A DNA stretch of 64,000 nucleotides from Raillietiella orientalis (lineage: Eukaryota). Below the pieces are notes generated by a model. The model made no database searches and had not been told where the DNA came from. It was given only the letters and a program-made list of their open reading frames with translations. The stretch lies in assembly GCA_036172245.1 (NCBI GenBank), contig JAYWIR010000004.1:2604001-2668000 (forward strand), read 5' to 3'. Position numbers and translations under genes: made by a program. Below are positions 23,949-35,736 of this stretch, one piece after another; position 1 is the first letter of the stretch; the number at the start of each line of letters is the position of its first letter.

Positions 23949-24042
23949 GACTTGCGCTCGAAAGGCTGAACTTTTCGAGCAAAAATCCGATACACAACCA
24001 ATTCCGTGCAGCTTCCCCCCCCCCCCCCCCACGGAACACAGA
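23949..24042 (+). repeat. Short dispersed repeat; the second copy lies inside the foldback element at 15550-15628
   Basis: GACTTGC...GAAAGG.TGAA.TTTTCG.GCAAAA(A)TCCGA(TA)CACAACCAATTCCGTGCAG...CGGAACACAGA occurs at both positions. Confidence 0.75.
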
Positions 24043-26899
24043 CTACTCCCCAAATATTAGGACAAGCCGATCACAGTACGACTGCTGGTCACATTTGCAG
24101 CAATGGCGAACGTTGGCGGCCGATTCTGGTTTGAAATTTTTGTGGGGTGCACTGGCGATCCCCGTTAACCTCGAGTGCTTTTTGGAGCCGAAAAGCAATG
24201 GAGAAATAACTAAAGTTGGTTTAATTACTTTCCCTTTATGAGACGGTAGACGACATCGATTGGCCAAGATTGCGTCGCAGATGAAAGCAGACCGATGGTT
24301 TCGCCACTGCAGAAAGCGAGCAGTTTGCTCGACCACCTCCTCAGCCGCGTGCCCTTTGTACATCGGAATGCGTTTCGTACACGTAACGTGTCCCTCAGTC
24401 AGCCAGGAACGAAAAAGCTTCTCTAATTAGGTCAGCACATCAGAGTACACATAAGTAGGGGCGATCAGATTTCATCTTCTCCCTAATTGGATTACTGCTC
24501 CAGAGGAGAATTCAAAGTCCTAAAACCAGTTTCCATTAAAGTGGTACAAAGGAATGACAACTTCACCGTAGGAACTTTGTGTGACATGTACAAGGCGAAG
24601 ACGTACTCAACTTGACACAGCGGGACGCAATTTTCAACCACAGCATACAGATGGGAGGTATCTTTCTGTCAGGGTCAATGGCTGCCTTTGCAGTTACTAA
24701 TTTTATTGTCCAATGAAAAGATAACTTGAGCAACAGAGTTAACACAAGAAGATAAAATAAATAGACTAACAGCATTCCACGTAAAAAAATAATATGCATT
24801 CTGTTCACTTTCGAAGCTTAGAAAATCATTTTTTTCTTAAGATTGTGAATAGATCCCCCCCTCCCCAAAGAGCAGGCTTCATGGATGTAACCATAGAGCT
24901 GGTAAAATAGAAAGGGAGCTTTATAACTTGACTGCAAACCTGCCACTTGATGTTAACGAGCAGGATTTTGCCATCAACGCTCCCCACGCTGCTGTGGCAA
25001 CATTCCTCATCGTGTGCGTTTGGGACATCCCGAAAGGGAAACTCATCTCGAATGGATGCTGATCACGAGTCTTCCTGCATTCCTTTCCGCTTGTCGAAGC
25101 GCTAAGCTTTGTCTGCTGACCCATGCCCCCAAAAAGAAAAAAGAGTTCTGCCTTCATCCTTTTTCCAATTTTGATTCCGATCCTCACGCATTAAAATCAG
25201 TTTAGCACGCACGGAGATGTACTTTCCTACCGATCACTCTGGATCGGATTTTACTCGTTTGCCGTGCATCTTCCGTGGTTTTCGAATCCTTGGAGTTCAT
25301 TTGAAGGTGGCTGAAAACGGTCACGGAAAAAAAAAAAAAATCTGAGCTCCCCTCGGGCGAAACGCTCTTCCCAGATTCCGGTTTCCTTGGACTCCTTCCG
25401 AATGCTGGCTTGTCTAAGTTTTCATCTCCTCGTATTTGAATTCCTAATTGCTTCGGTTGGAGCCTTCGTGACGAATGCATGCTTATGCCTGGATCTGAAA
25501 GATGCTCCAGAGTGAACCATGCCGAATACGGCAGCAAAATCAATCTTGACAACGCGCGCGCCCCCTGAGCTTGTTGAACTCTCTGGTTTGGTGTCTCCTC
25601 GTCTTTCTCATCTGCGCTTGAAATTCCTTCTTGCTTCCCTCCCTGTGAATTAAAAACGATTCCCCCAGGAAGAAATTGCAGCGCTTCGGTTTACTTCAGA
25701 AGAAATTGCTTAGTTTTTATTTCTGTTATTTACGTATGTTTACTTTCCAATCAAGCGGTATGTTTGTAATTTAACTTTCAACATACTTAACTTTGATGAA
25801 GTATTGTGGATTTTAACAAGCATCCAGAGATCACCAAAATTGTGAGCGCGTATTGCGGGAGGAAGAAGAAGAAGAAAAAAGATATGGAGTTCACGCTGAT
25901 TTGGGGAACTTCTTTAGAGGACCCGGTATGCTTCAGGCTTAAGATTAAGGGATGAGGAGGGGCCTGTATATCTCCTCTGCTTAAGCTGCAGAGAACAGAG
26001 CAGAGCACTCTTCAAAGTTTTAATCTTCAAAATTCTTTCCATAGCTTTAGATACGAGCAAACTGCGAAATGTTTCTGAATCCGATTTTTCTTAATGACAG
26101 ATTCAAAGATTCCTTACGTTTGTCGTATCAATCCGCTCTTTGTTTTTCATTAAGAAGATGAGCCTTGGGTATTTTTCGGCACCTTGGTGAACCTCTCATA
26201 AGTAAAAACTCTTGCAAGCAGAACATGCCATAAAGTATACATCAGCAAATGAGAAATTATTATTCAAGGAGGGTGCCTGAGGTCCGCTTTAGTGCCTGCT
26301 GATGGAAATGTGTTCCTGAATGGTTTGGGGAATGCAGTCCTCTCCTGATTCTGTTTGAGGAAAAGATCAGCGTCTATAAAAGGAAGTCGATATCCAAAAG
26401 GGTTGTTGGAAAAGCATGGATTCGTAGGATTCCCCAGTGTTTGCCCTGTAACCTCAGAGTTTTCTAAGGGTTAAAACAATGAATGATGACGAGAGAAAAC
26501 TGTCTCGCAGCATTTGCTCCGACTTAACATTTGAAGGAAGAAATGAACTGCATACAGTCTAGACGATACGATCTGGAGCTTTCAGACTTTTGGGCAGAGA
26601 AAACGGGTAAAACGAAGAACTTAGAAGATGAGTGGAAAACTTAACGAAAGCCGCAAATCCTGGTCACGGTGAGGCATTCGTAAGCTTTGACGGGACACAA
26701 AAGTTAGGAAGCCGAACATAAGGGTTTCGATTCACAGCGGAAGTTGGTCTCCTCGAATCGAGAGAGCTGCCATAGCGTTAGGGGCTGGTAGACCTTTGCA
26801 AAAGATGAATAGAAAGTGCAAGGGAACTTTTGGACCAAAATTGGACCATGCCGCTGAAACAAAGTTGCTGCCTTTTACATCCAATTGCACTGGAGAGTT

Positions 26900-28790
26900 T
26901 ATTTATATATGTGTATATAAAAAACTTACAAGAGACGGTGGGACATCAGGTGCCACCAAGTCACACAGTTCTTAGAGGACACCGGCGACGTCCACAACGG
27001 GCATGGAGGGAAATGAAGAAGAAAATAAAAATAAAATATAAAAACAGGAAGGACTGCTCGCAGTTTCAAAAAATTGGGGGAACAAGAGAAGGGATCACTG
27101 CTCGTGGCCGTTGGTTCATCTGCATCTTTCGCAGAATTACTCCGGAGTGCTCCTTCTTATGGTAGCCCAGGTGAGTCCATCCCCACGCTACCCTGAGGAA
27201 CCGGATGGAGAAAAGGATGGGGCTCCCCTATCTTTGCGGCCGCTCCCGGCCTCGCACCTCGCCGCGACGGCGCGGCACGCTCAGCAAACCGCCGCGATTG
27301 CGGACTGCGGGTGGCGTGGCACCCCTCACAAAGAGGAACTTGGAAACTTCCTTGGAACCGTCTACCGAGAGAGGTAGGGACAAGGGTCCCCACAATGCCG
27401 GGAGAGCAGCACAATGCTCCAACAGGTGGAAGAAAGTTCCCTCTTCCCTGAGCACCTAGGGCAGTTCGCCATCCCCCCTCCCCATCGTCCAGCGGTGGGT
27501 TCGCAGGAGTTCCCAACGCAGTGCCAACTGTCGCCACTTCAGGGAAAGGAACGAGGCGTCCTCCTCCATCGGGATGCTTCCAGTATGCCTCTTCGGATTC
27601 CGAAGGGCTCACCCCGGCCGAAGAGTCTACAGGGAGGGATAGCTGGTGTTGCCGCACCCGCGAGTTGACCCGCACTCCAGCCGCCGAAGGGTCTCCTCAG
27701 ACCCAAGACCTCACAGGAGGTCTGCCAGCTTGCCAGTCGGCCAGTGTCATGTGCTTCGTAAGTGGAGGCCCTCCGACGGCCGTGTGACTGCGGCCTTCGC
27801 GCGTGGTAACCAACGTTATGGGTTCGAACCCTCACGACGGGGATGGGGTGTGTCCCGTCCTCCTCCCCACGGCCCCAACCAGTGCCCACAGCTTCATCCT
27901 CTTCAACTACATCACTTTCTTGCAATTCCGGCGAAGAGATGTACGTCGTCGGGAACAGCACGCTGAAGGGGGCGTCCGCCGGGCCCCACCCCGCCCCTCA
28001 CCCCAACGGCAGTAGTTGCCAGCCGCTGCCTCCTCTGAGTCCAGCGTCCGGGAACGCCCGTGAGGAACGTCCTGAAGGTGCTGGACCTAATGCTGCAGCA
28101 GCAGGAGCCGGGCAAAGACATCCGTCCGCGCCTGGCGCCGCTCCTGCCCCTGCCCGTCGGTGCGCATTTCGTCGGTCCCTTCCATCGTACCGTGTCTGCC
28201 CGTCTTCCCGAAGGTCTCCACCCACATCAAAGTTTTGAAGGCCCCCCTTCGTTACAAAGGGCACCATCTTTCGCAGTTCCGTAGAGTCTCGCCTGCACGT
28301 GGAGGGTTTCGAGTCCCCCAAGCAGGGCGACGCTGGTTGGTATACTCGGATGCGACACTGCGGGAAACAGGCGGAAACCGGATGCCCCTGTTGACCGTCC
28401 GGAGTCCTTCCAGGGATCGAAGAGGTTTCCTTCAAGGTCCGCTCTGGTTGTGCAAATTGAGCCGTCTCCTCCCCCTTCCCCATCCCTCCTTTCGTAGGAA
28501 CTCTCCATCGCATTCCATGGAGCTGGTGGATTGACACCACTCCAGAGTGTCAAGAAGCGCACTGCTTCCTTCGAGGAACGACCTCCCACCCCACCCCTCA
28601 CCCTCAGAGAGATCGAGAAGCATCCCGTCGGGGCTCTCTTCAGAGGGAACAAGGAGCGGTTCCCTTGAGGGTTCTCTTGCAGGTTCTCTTCGGAGAGAAT
28701 AAGGAAGAGGTGGTTCCCTCCGGAGACAGCCAGGGCGAGGGTTCTTTCCCTCTGGGGTTCTCCTACCAAGCGTAAGTTGAGGGCACCGCT
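26900..28790 (-). mobile_element. Composite non-autonomous LINE-derived element (head module + decayed post-RT/zf-RVT region + 3' tail), about 1.9 kb
   Basis: On the minus strand, a head homologous to 7213-7750 is followed by LLGGLETLHVQARL and ELRKMVPFVTK (compare DGGSGLLTLERLKRQLQWRKLALVTK in ORF 29015..29575). Then come a decayed zinc knuckle (EEGTFFHLLEHC, ORF 27228..27455), a T-rich UTR, the hairpin GGTGGCAC-CTGAT-GTCCCACC and AATAAAC near 26900. There are multiple frameshifts. Confidence 0.7.
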
Positions 28791-28859
28791 GCGTAGAAGG
28801 GAATGAGTGTCGGGTAGGCCAACAGTTTGAATCCAACGCCTCTTCCACTCTTTTCCAGA

Positions 28860-30050
28860 CACCCCGTTAAAGTTCACGGCACCGGGTGACTTCGGACGTG
28901 ACCAGGATGATTATGGCCCACGTTCCCACTTTTCCTTCCCTCCAAGCCTGGAGACCCGTTCCAGGATGGCAAGTTTTTCTTGCTGGAAGGGCTGCGGTGT
29001 GATGGAACACGTTCGTGGCCCCTCTCTTCCACCCGCTGCTTTTTGTTCGTTCCCCACCGAGTAACATTAAAAGGCCGACGAAGGGCCTCCTGAGAATCGC
29101 CCTGTGGGGCACAGGGATGCCCCGAGTCCGCCTGAAAGACTTGTGCGCTCTGCTTCGCGACGGAGGCTCCGGCCTCCTGACACTGGAGCGCCTGAAGCGA
29201 CAGCTCCAGTGGAGGAAGCTTGCCCTAGTGACGAAGTTTTTGAGCACGAACTGGTGCGATCCCGCACGATACCTGGTCAAGCAAGCTACCGGCTACGCAG
29301 GACTGACTTCGTTCCTGGCGCAGAGGCGCAGATGCAACGTGTTCCGCTGCAGACTGGAGCTCCGGCGAGTGGCCAAGCTGATCAGGACCAACAACTGGGT
29401 CTTCTGCCGGACCGTGAACGGTAGTGCCTGTCTGCAGGAAGCCGTTCGCACAGGGTCCAAGAATAACGAAGCGGACCCCGAGATGCAGCAGCGACTTCTG
29501 TACTCTTTCTACAACAACCGCTCACTGCAGGACATCAGCTCCCCACATGTGCGTGGGCACAAAGAAGCTCCCTAGCTGCAGTACTGTCTTTCCTCAGGGA
29601 GCCCCTAGTCAGTAATCAGCTAGCCAAATAGGAGGTCAGTTGAGAAATCAGTCAGAAGACGAGGGAACTAGGTGGTTGGATCACGGGCCAGGTCACGGAT
29701 GCTGCGACCCCAAGTGCCACATCGAAAGGACTATTGTGCTGAGGTGAGAATTTCACAGGAAGACCTCGAGTGCTCTCCAGCGCTGAAGAACAATCAGGCC
29801 TCCTCCTGAAGTGTAAGGAGCCGGCACTTCTGCTGTCGCACTGGGGAGCACTCCAGACACCCCGTTTAGGTGATGAAACTGAAATTCTGATGAAACTCCT
29901 GCCACTCTCACTGGACCCAGGGGGCTGTGCCACCAACTGTTGCAGGTGCAAGGAACGGAAATCCCTCCCGCACCTGCTTGTAGACTGTTTTCCTCCGTCC
30001 TTTGTGGGCAACAGCCCTTGGGGCATCAAAGACAGAACACAATCTGCCGC
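28860..30050 (+). mobile_element. Decayed L1/Tx1-like ORF2 fragment (post-RT region to zf-RVT)
   Basis: LQAW...FLAGRAAV*WNTFVAP...ALWGTGMPRVRLKDLCALLRDGGSG follows the W..lS..GR..N...FLW..V..L..GGLG pattern of L1-clade ORF2. CCRCKERKSLPHLLVDC is the zinc knuckle (ORF 29770..30126). Stops and frameshifts are present. Confidence 0.75.
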
Positions 30051-31605
30051 ACCCTCTTCATGTTTCGGAAACCCGATGGACTTAAATATAAACCATGGAA
30101 TTGGAAGTCAGTGCAAGAACGGCTAGTTGGGATGTGCAATTAAGTGCTGAAGTCGTTACTGGGGATTTGTGCTTACGTGGAAGAGATAATCGGTGACTTG
30201 CAATTGGGTACAAAGGACAATCCCAGGGAGCCCCAAAGGGCTTTCCTAATGAGGCCCTCGGTTTCACTGAATAGGAGGCGGGACAAGAGGAAGGCAGGGT
30301 CCGGAGGAAGGGGGATCACGAAAGTTACTGTATATATTGGCAGCAGGAACCGAACAGCAATGAAGCGCGTCGGGAAAAACCCGAGACGGCTTTTAGTGAA
30401 GAGCCAGTTTATGGATCGAAGGTCGCGAAAGACAACATCTCGTGTTGCTAAGTATTCCATGTTTCAATTCTTGCAAGCATGCCTTCCGCTTCCTTTCCTT
30501 CGCTTCCTTCCATATTCCTTTATTCTCAGATGTCTTCGCTTCCTCCGCCAGCACTGCGTTCCCGCTGCCGAGGAAAAATCCACCGTGCTAAGCAGCACTC
30601 GCGTGGGCAGAGGGCATTCTCCGGGTCGCTGCGCTGAGACCAGCGTCTGCGCATGTTTTCGTCCGCCAGATGCAGTTCATCGCGAGTCTGTGTGCTCTCT
30701 CCATCAGCCGCTTCTGCAAAGGCTACCAAGGACGGTCGACAAGCGTGCGAAGAAGGGTTGCCAGTTCTTTGGAAAGAGTGTTCGTTCTGGCTTGTTCATC
30801 TCGCCATCCCTGTGAGAGAGGAGACTCCAGCAACTTCCTTTCCCAGCCGATCCGGGCTGATCTTGGGAATTCTTCTGCAGAGGTGAAGATTTTCTTATTC
30901 TTCGGTTTGGTGGTTGCTTATCGCCTGCAGCAGTTGCCATGATCTGACTTCTGAGCTCACTTTCTTTGAGACTTTGAAAGCATGATCATTCCTGAACACG
31001 ATCATTCCCACTCTTGTTTGCGGAACTCATCTCAACCCCTCCCCTCCTTCCTTCGCCCCAAACCAAAGAACAGAAATGAGCAAAAGTCTTGTTCGTGCAC
31101 CCTTTCTTGGGAAGTTCTGGGTTTCCCTTCCCTGTTTCCAACTTTCGCTGAGGAATTCCTGGTTTCCACACAGACCGAAGACCCTGTCGGTTTCCTAGGT
31201 CTGGAACCCGCCTGCTTGGTGGCAGAAGCTTGCTGCCAAGCAGATCCATCCTTGGATTTATGGGAGTGGAGTTTGTTCTTAAAAGTGGCTAACCGGTTAT
31301 CTCCCTTCTTTCTTCTGGAATTCTGGCGAAGAGGTCCTTGCAGGGTTCTTGCAGTCTTCAGACGAAAGAGACAAAGCAACAGCAACAAGGGGAAAACTGG
31401 AACGAAAAAAGAGCCTTCTACATCGGCATCCAGGAAAAAAAAATTCATTGGGAGAGGTGATGATGGAATGAATTTTGCAACCAAATCCTTTCCGAATTTT
31501 CATCTTCCACCATCTTTCAGGAGAAAACGACCAAGATGAGAAGTCCTTTTCCCAAAGCATTCGGAGCAGACGCCGTCCTCTCATCCGTGCACCTGCGTTA
31601 CGGAA

Positions 31606-34600
31606 TTAGCAAATGATACATTTATCTTTATTGTCACTCTTGAGGATCCTCATCATCAGGGAATTAGAGTGAGGCGTCTGCAGGTGTTTCCTTGGCAACT
31701 CGCTGTCGGCGTAAACGTACTGCACCACTGGGAAGTGTCGGAGACTCTCCACCATCAGCTTCTTGTCGAGTGGATCGAGGGCCTGCAAAGCGGGGCGAGA
31801 GGCGAGAGGTCGAAATTCGTGCAACGGCTTGGGCAACCGTGGAGGGACGCCTTCCGGGAACGGCGGCGCGTTCCCGGGCGGGTTGCGCCCTGCCTGCTCG
31901 GCGGCGACTCCCGCGGGAGCGCTGCTCGGCGGCGACTCGGTGACGCCATGCACCTCGTCGGGGTCGACCCCCGGAACACTCTCGGGGGGCTGCTGCTGCT
32001 GCGGATGGGCCACCGTCCCTTTCGCGTTCCTCTGGACCGCCGCCACTGGCTGCGTCGTCACGTCAGTTCCCGCCGATTCCTGCTGCCAGTTGCCCTCGCA
32101 GGGAACTGCCAACACCTTCCTGCCGGCGCTGTGTCCCTCAACGATCTCCTCTGTCTTCCTCGCCCTCAGGCTCTGGAAGTTGTCGTAGACGAAGGACCCG
32201 TCCCGGATGGAGCCTCCTCGTCCCTTGCCCTTCTTCTCAAAGTTGATCCACCTCCACGAGTTCGTGGAGGTCAGGTTCCTCAGGCTGGCGTTCTGCCCGC
32301 GGGAGGGGCCCTCGATTGAGCGCAGGGTCGAGGATTTTCTCAAGAACGACCCAGAGCTCTTCTGGCGCTCGAGGTACTCCTCCCGTGGGAAGCTCGCGCC
32401 CCTCTCCTCCTCGGAGGCGCAGAGCTGTCCCGAGGACTCGTACAGGTCGGAGCTCTTGTCGGAACGGGACGGCGCCCTGGAGCACGGCAGCGAGGAAGAC
32501 GGACTCCTGCCCACGGGGAACCTCTGGCAGTCCGTGGCCGACTTGGAGAGCTGCCTCCTGCGTCCGAGCCGCGGGGTGGAGGAGGCGGCTCCGACAGTGC
32601 CACCGTCTTCGCACAGGGAGCTCTTCGAGGACGGCGCGTCCTTTAGCGTGCTCTTCAGGTCCTCATACATGTTGTGCGCCCACCGCAGCAGCGAGCTGGC
32701 GCTGCTCCCCAGGCTGCAGTCGGAAGACGACTTGGACAGCGCGTTCGGCGGCGGCAGTGGCGGGGGCGGCGGCGCTCCCCTGGACTCCACTGCCGCCGCC
32801 TCCGGTGGGTCCCTCCCCCGCCTCCGTCCCCTTCTCCTCTGGGAGCACGCGGAATCCGAGCCGTTTCCCCAGACTCCTTGGCTCCCACCCGCGCAGCTGG
32901 CGGTGTCCTTGCGCTCCTCCTCCCTCTTGCAGTGCAGACTGCAGAAGACAACGTCGTCGGCCAGCAGAAAGGGCCGCCCCACGAGGCTGCAGAAACAAGA
33001 GTGGCAGTGGAAGCAGGCCCTGCTGGCGTGCCAGTGTCTCCCCTCGTGGCTGACCTCGCCTTCGGTGATGGGCAGCGGGAACGCGTGAGGGCGCGGGGAA
33101 GGCGCGGACCTACCTTGATCCACCTTCACGGTGGTCCCGCAAGACCGGCAGACCTTGGAGAAGACGTCGTCGTAGCAGCGGACGCAGAAAGGCCAACCGT
33201 TCCTCATAATGTACTTCTGCCCTCCCATAACCTGCTCGCACTTGAAGCACCGGAAGTGCTCGTGGTGCCAGTTCCTGCTCTCCGCTTCCGTGCACTCGTC
33301 GGAGAAGATGAGCTGAGAGGGGCGACACGAGACAATGGAGTCGAGCGAGTCAGGGAGGAGACTCTCAGGAGAGGAGGAAGGAAACTGGCGGGAGGTACCT
33401 CATCGCACGTGGCGCATCGCGGCTTGATGATCTCCGCATAGTGGCGCTCGCAGAAGAGCATGTTGTCCGACACGCAGTACACCAGGTCCACGAGCAGCTC
33501 TTTGCATACGCAGCAGCAGAAGCAGGAGGGATGCCAGCCGACTCCGGAAGGGAAGTGCGGGGAGAACACTGCCAAGCCGTCCGTGATGGATTTGGAGCAC
33601 TGCGGGGAAGAAGAGAAGAATGGTGAGGGGAGAGGGAGGACGGAACGCGGACGCGCGAGCCCCGCTTTCCGGGATCGACAGTGGTCGGGCACGTCGTCTG
33701 GAGGAGGGGATGCGAGGGATGAGGTGCTCTGCTGAGGTCAGGTGCGGCAGCAGCAGAAGCACGCGGGGAGCGGAAAGGAGGAAGCAGCGCGTGCGCTGCA
33801 AGGGAGGGACGGGGGGGGAAGGGTCGCGAATTGGGTTTGGAGCGAAGTTCCTTTCCCCATGCCGGGAGAAACAGAGCGGCGAGCGGAAGCAGCGGATGGT
33901 CTGCAGCATGGCCTTATTCGCTTTCTTCCCCTCCCCTTCCCCCGCGGCAGGATGAGCGAAGGACTTAGAGTAGGCGGTGTGGGTCACCATTGACTGCTGC
34001 TGGCGGCGCCGCTTTCCCCGGGCGAGCTCTGCGTCTGCAGAGCGGTCGCCGCCCAAGACGCTGCTGCGGCCAAGAAGATGGAAGGAGAGGCCCAAGGTCC
34101 ACCCTCCGGGCAGATCCGGAGCAGCAGAGAACCCCTTCGAGTATCCATACGGGATTCCGGAACGCGCAGAGGAAGAGAGGCAGACTGCAGCGGGCTGGGA
34201 ATAGCCCGAAGAGGGCTAGTTGCGCGTCTCCCGAGGCGGAGGTTCCTGCTCGACGGGAGGCGGTGGGGGACTGGCCGGCGCGAAGAGGAGACAGCTGGAG
34301 GCAGAGCTGCTGCTTCCGCTGGAACTCCCGTGCGGGCGACGGCTCCTTACCCCTGCCCTTCGCTTCTCTCCATCAGCCCGCCGCACCTTCCCTCGGCTGT
34401 ATTAGCGTGAAAGGGCTGCGACTGCCCTCAGCGAGGTGAAGGGCGGCGGTGGGAGTCTCGTCAGTCGCGAAGCTTCGAGCTGAGGTCTTTCTGGTGTGAC
34501 CTTTCCGCCCACGAACGATCGCAGACGCCTTCCAGATTCAGCACCAGTGCGAGAGCTGATGGTCAGCACTCAGGTGGTCCCGAACTTCCTCCTCTCCTTC

Positions 34601-35736
34601 CTGTCTGGAAGGAGAGGAGGAAGTTCACTCTCCTTTCACCTCCGCACCTCGGGAAAGCCCCCATCTTCCTGTTGCGCGGTGACAAGATGCTCTGGACGCC
34701 TCGCGAGGGTTTCGTAAGACGGGTGAGGTGGAGACCGTGAAACCGGAAGCAGTGGGGCCAGAGGCCACGGCCGGTTTCTCTTGGTCCAGGGTCTAACGGG
34801 GAGTAAGAGCTGCCCAATTCCGGGAAGAGAAGGGTCCCATGGAGACGCATGCTTTTCACAGGACGCCTCGTGAGGCCAGGATCCTGCGCCTCGCCCTTCC
34901 GTTCATTCTGGGGTGCGGGCGTTTGATCCTGGGAGAAGCAGCACAGCGAGAAGGGTCGACCCCTTCTAGCTATCAGGCAAGTGCGCAATCCTTCTCTTTC
35001 CAAACGTCCTTTTTTTTTCATTTCCCCCCCCCCCCTCCCCTCTCCCTTTTTCCCATTTTCCCTGCTTGACCCTCCGGGCTGGAGAGGCCAAGGAGGGTCT
35101 CCGGGAGCACTCATCACCCACTCGGATCCCTCACCAGCTCGCAGGCGAGGCCCTCTTCCTGAGGGGCCTGAACCGTGCGGACGACCCCCTGCCCCAGGCA
35201 GTATCTCTTCCGGTAGTCCATGAACTTCCTCATCTCCTCTTCCTCGTCAGGCGAGAGGAGGCTGCAGAAGCGCGGGTCGAAGTCCTGGGGTGGCAGCTGG
35301 TGGATGATCTGCCGCACTCTGTACCGCTCCCCAGAGGAGTTCAGGAGGGGCACCTTGTGTCTGGGGATCTGCCCGAAGTAGGCCTGGATCTGGAAAGGAG
35401 AGGGGTCAGCAGGCAGAGGTCGCGCCCGAGTGTGGCTGGAGCAAGGCGCCTCGTCCTCTCCCGCCTCTCCCCTGCACTCACCGAGTCGCCGGTCATACCC
35501 GGAGGCGTCCAGGAGTAATCCTCCAGAAGGCATCCCGAATCGCTGTCGGAGGGGGCGGGGTTCGGGGACGAAGGACTGCTGCAGTTCTTCCGCTGGACCG
35601 GTGGCGACAGGGCTCCACGCAACAGGCAGCCAGCTGTCGTCGCCGTTGCCAAGGGCGACCCGCCGCCGACTCCGCCGACGCTGTCGCCTCCGCTGCTCGC
35701 GGCGTCGTCTTTACTCGTTTTCGGTGCTCCATCCAT
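31606..35736 (-). CDS. prickle: Prickle planar-cell-polarity protein (PET domain, 3 LIM domains, C-terminal CaaX), about 787 aa
   Basis: Exons 35736-35482, 35389-35135, 33599-33399, 33312-33114 and 33059-31606, with introns of 92, 1535, 86 and 54 nt, give one frame. SDSDSGCLLEDYSWTPPG and VPLLNSSGERYRVRQIIHQLPPQD mark the PET domain. The LIMs include WHPSCF..CVCKELLVDLVY..FCERHYAE..KPRCATCDELIFSDECTEAE.RNWH and DQGEVSHEGRHWHA. The protein ends KDKCIIC*. Confidence 0.95.

Noticed and set aside
25200..26800. Possible micro-exons with 38-43 nt introns (26608-26650, 26669-26706)
   Set aside because: No coherent reading frame or homology; such short GT-AG pairs arise by chance.
27800..28540. Plus-strand RT-like motifs (RNVLKVLDL, RRGFLQG) in ORFs 28060..28284 and 28160..28534
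   Set aside because: The nucleotide sequence here aligns on the minus strand with the 7.6-7.9 kb repeat and the post-RT motifs, and there is no YADD motif. The resemblance is probably chance.
31669..33441. Plus-strand ORFs of 216-293 aa
   Set aside because: They are antisense shadows of the GC-rich prickle coding exons.
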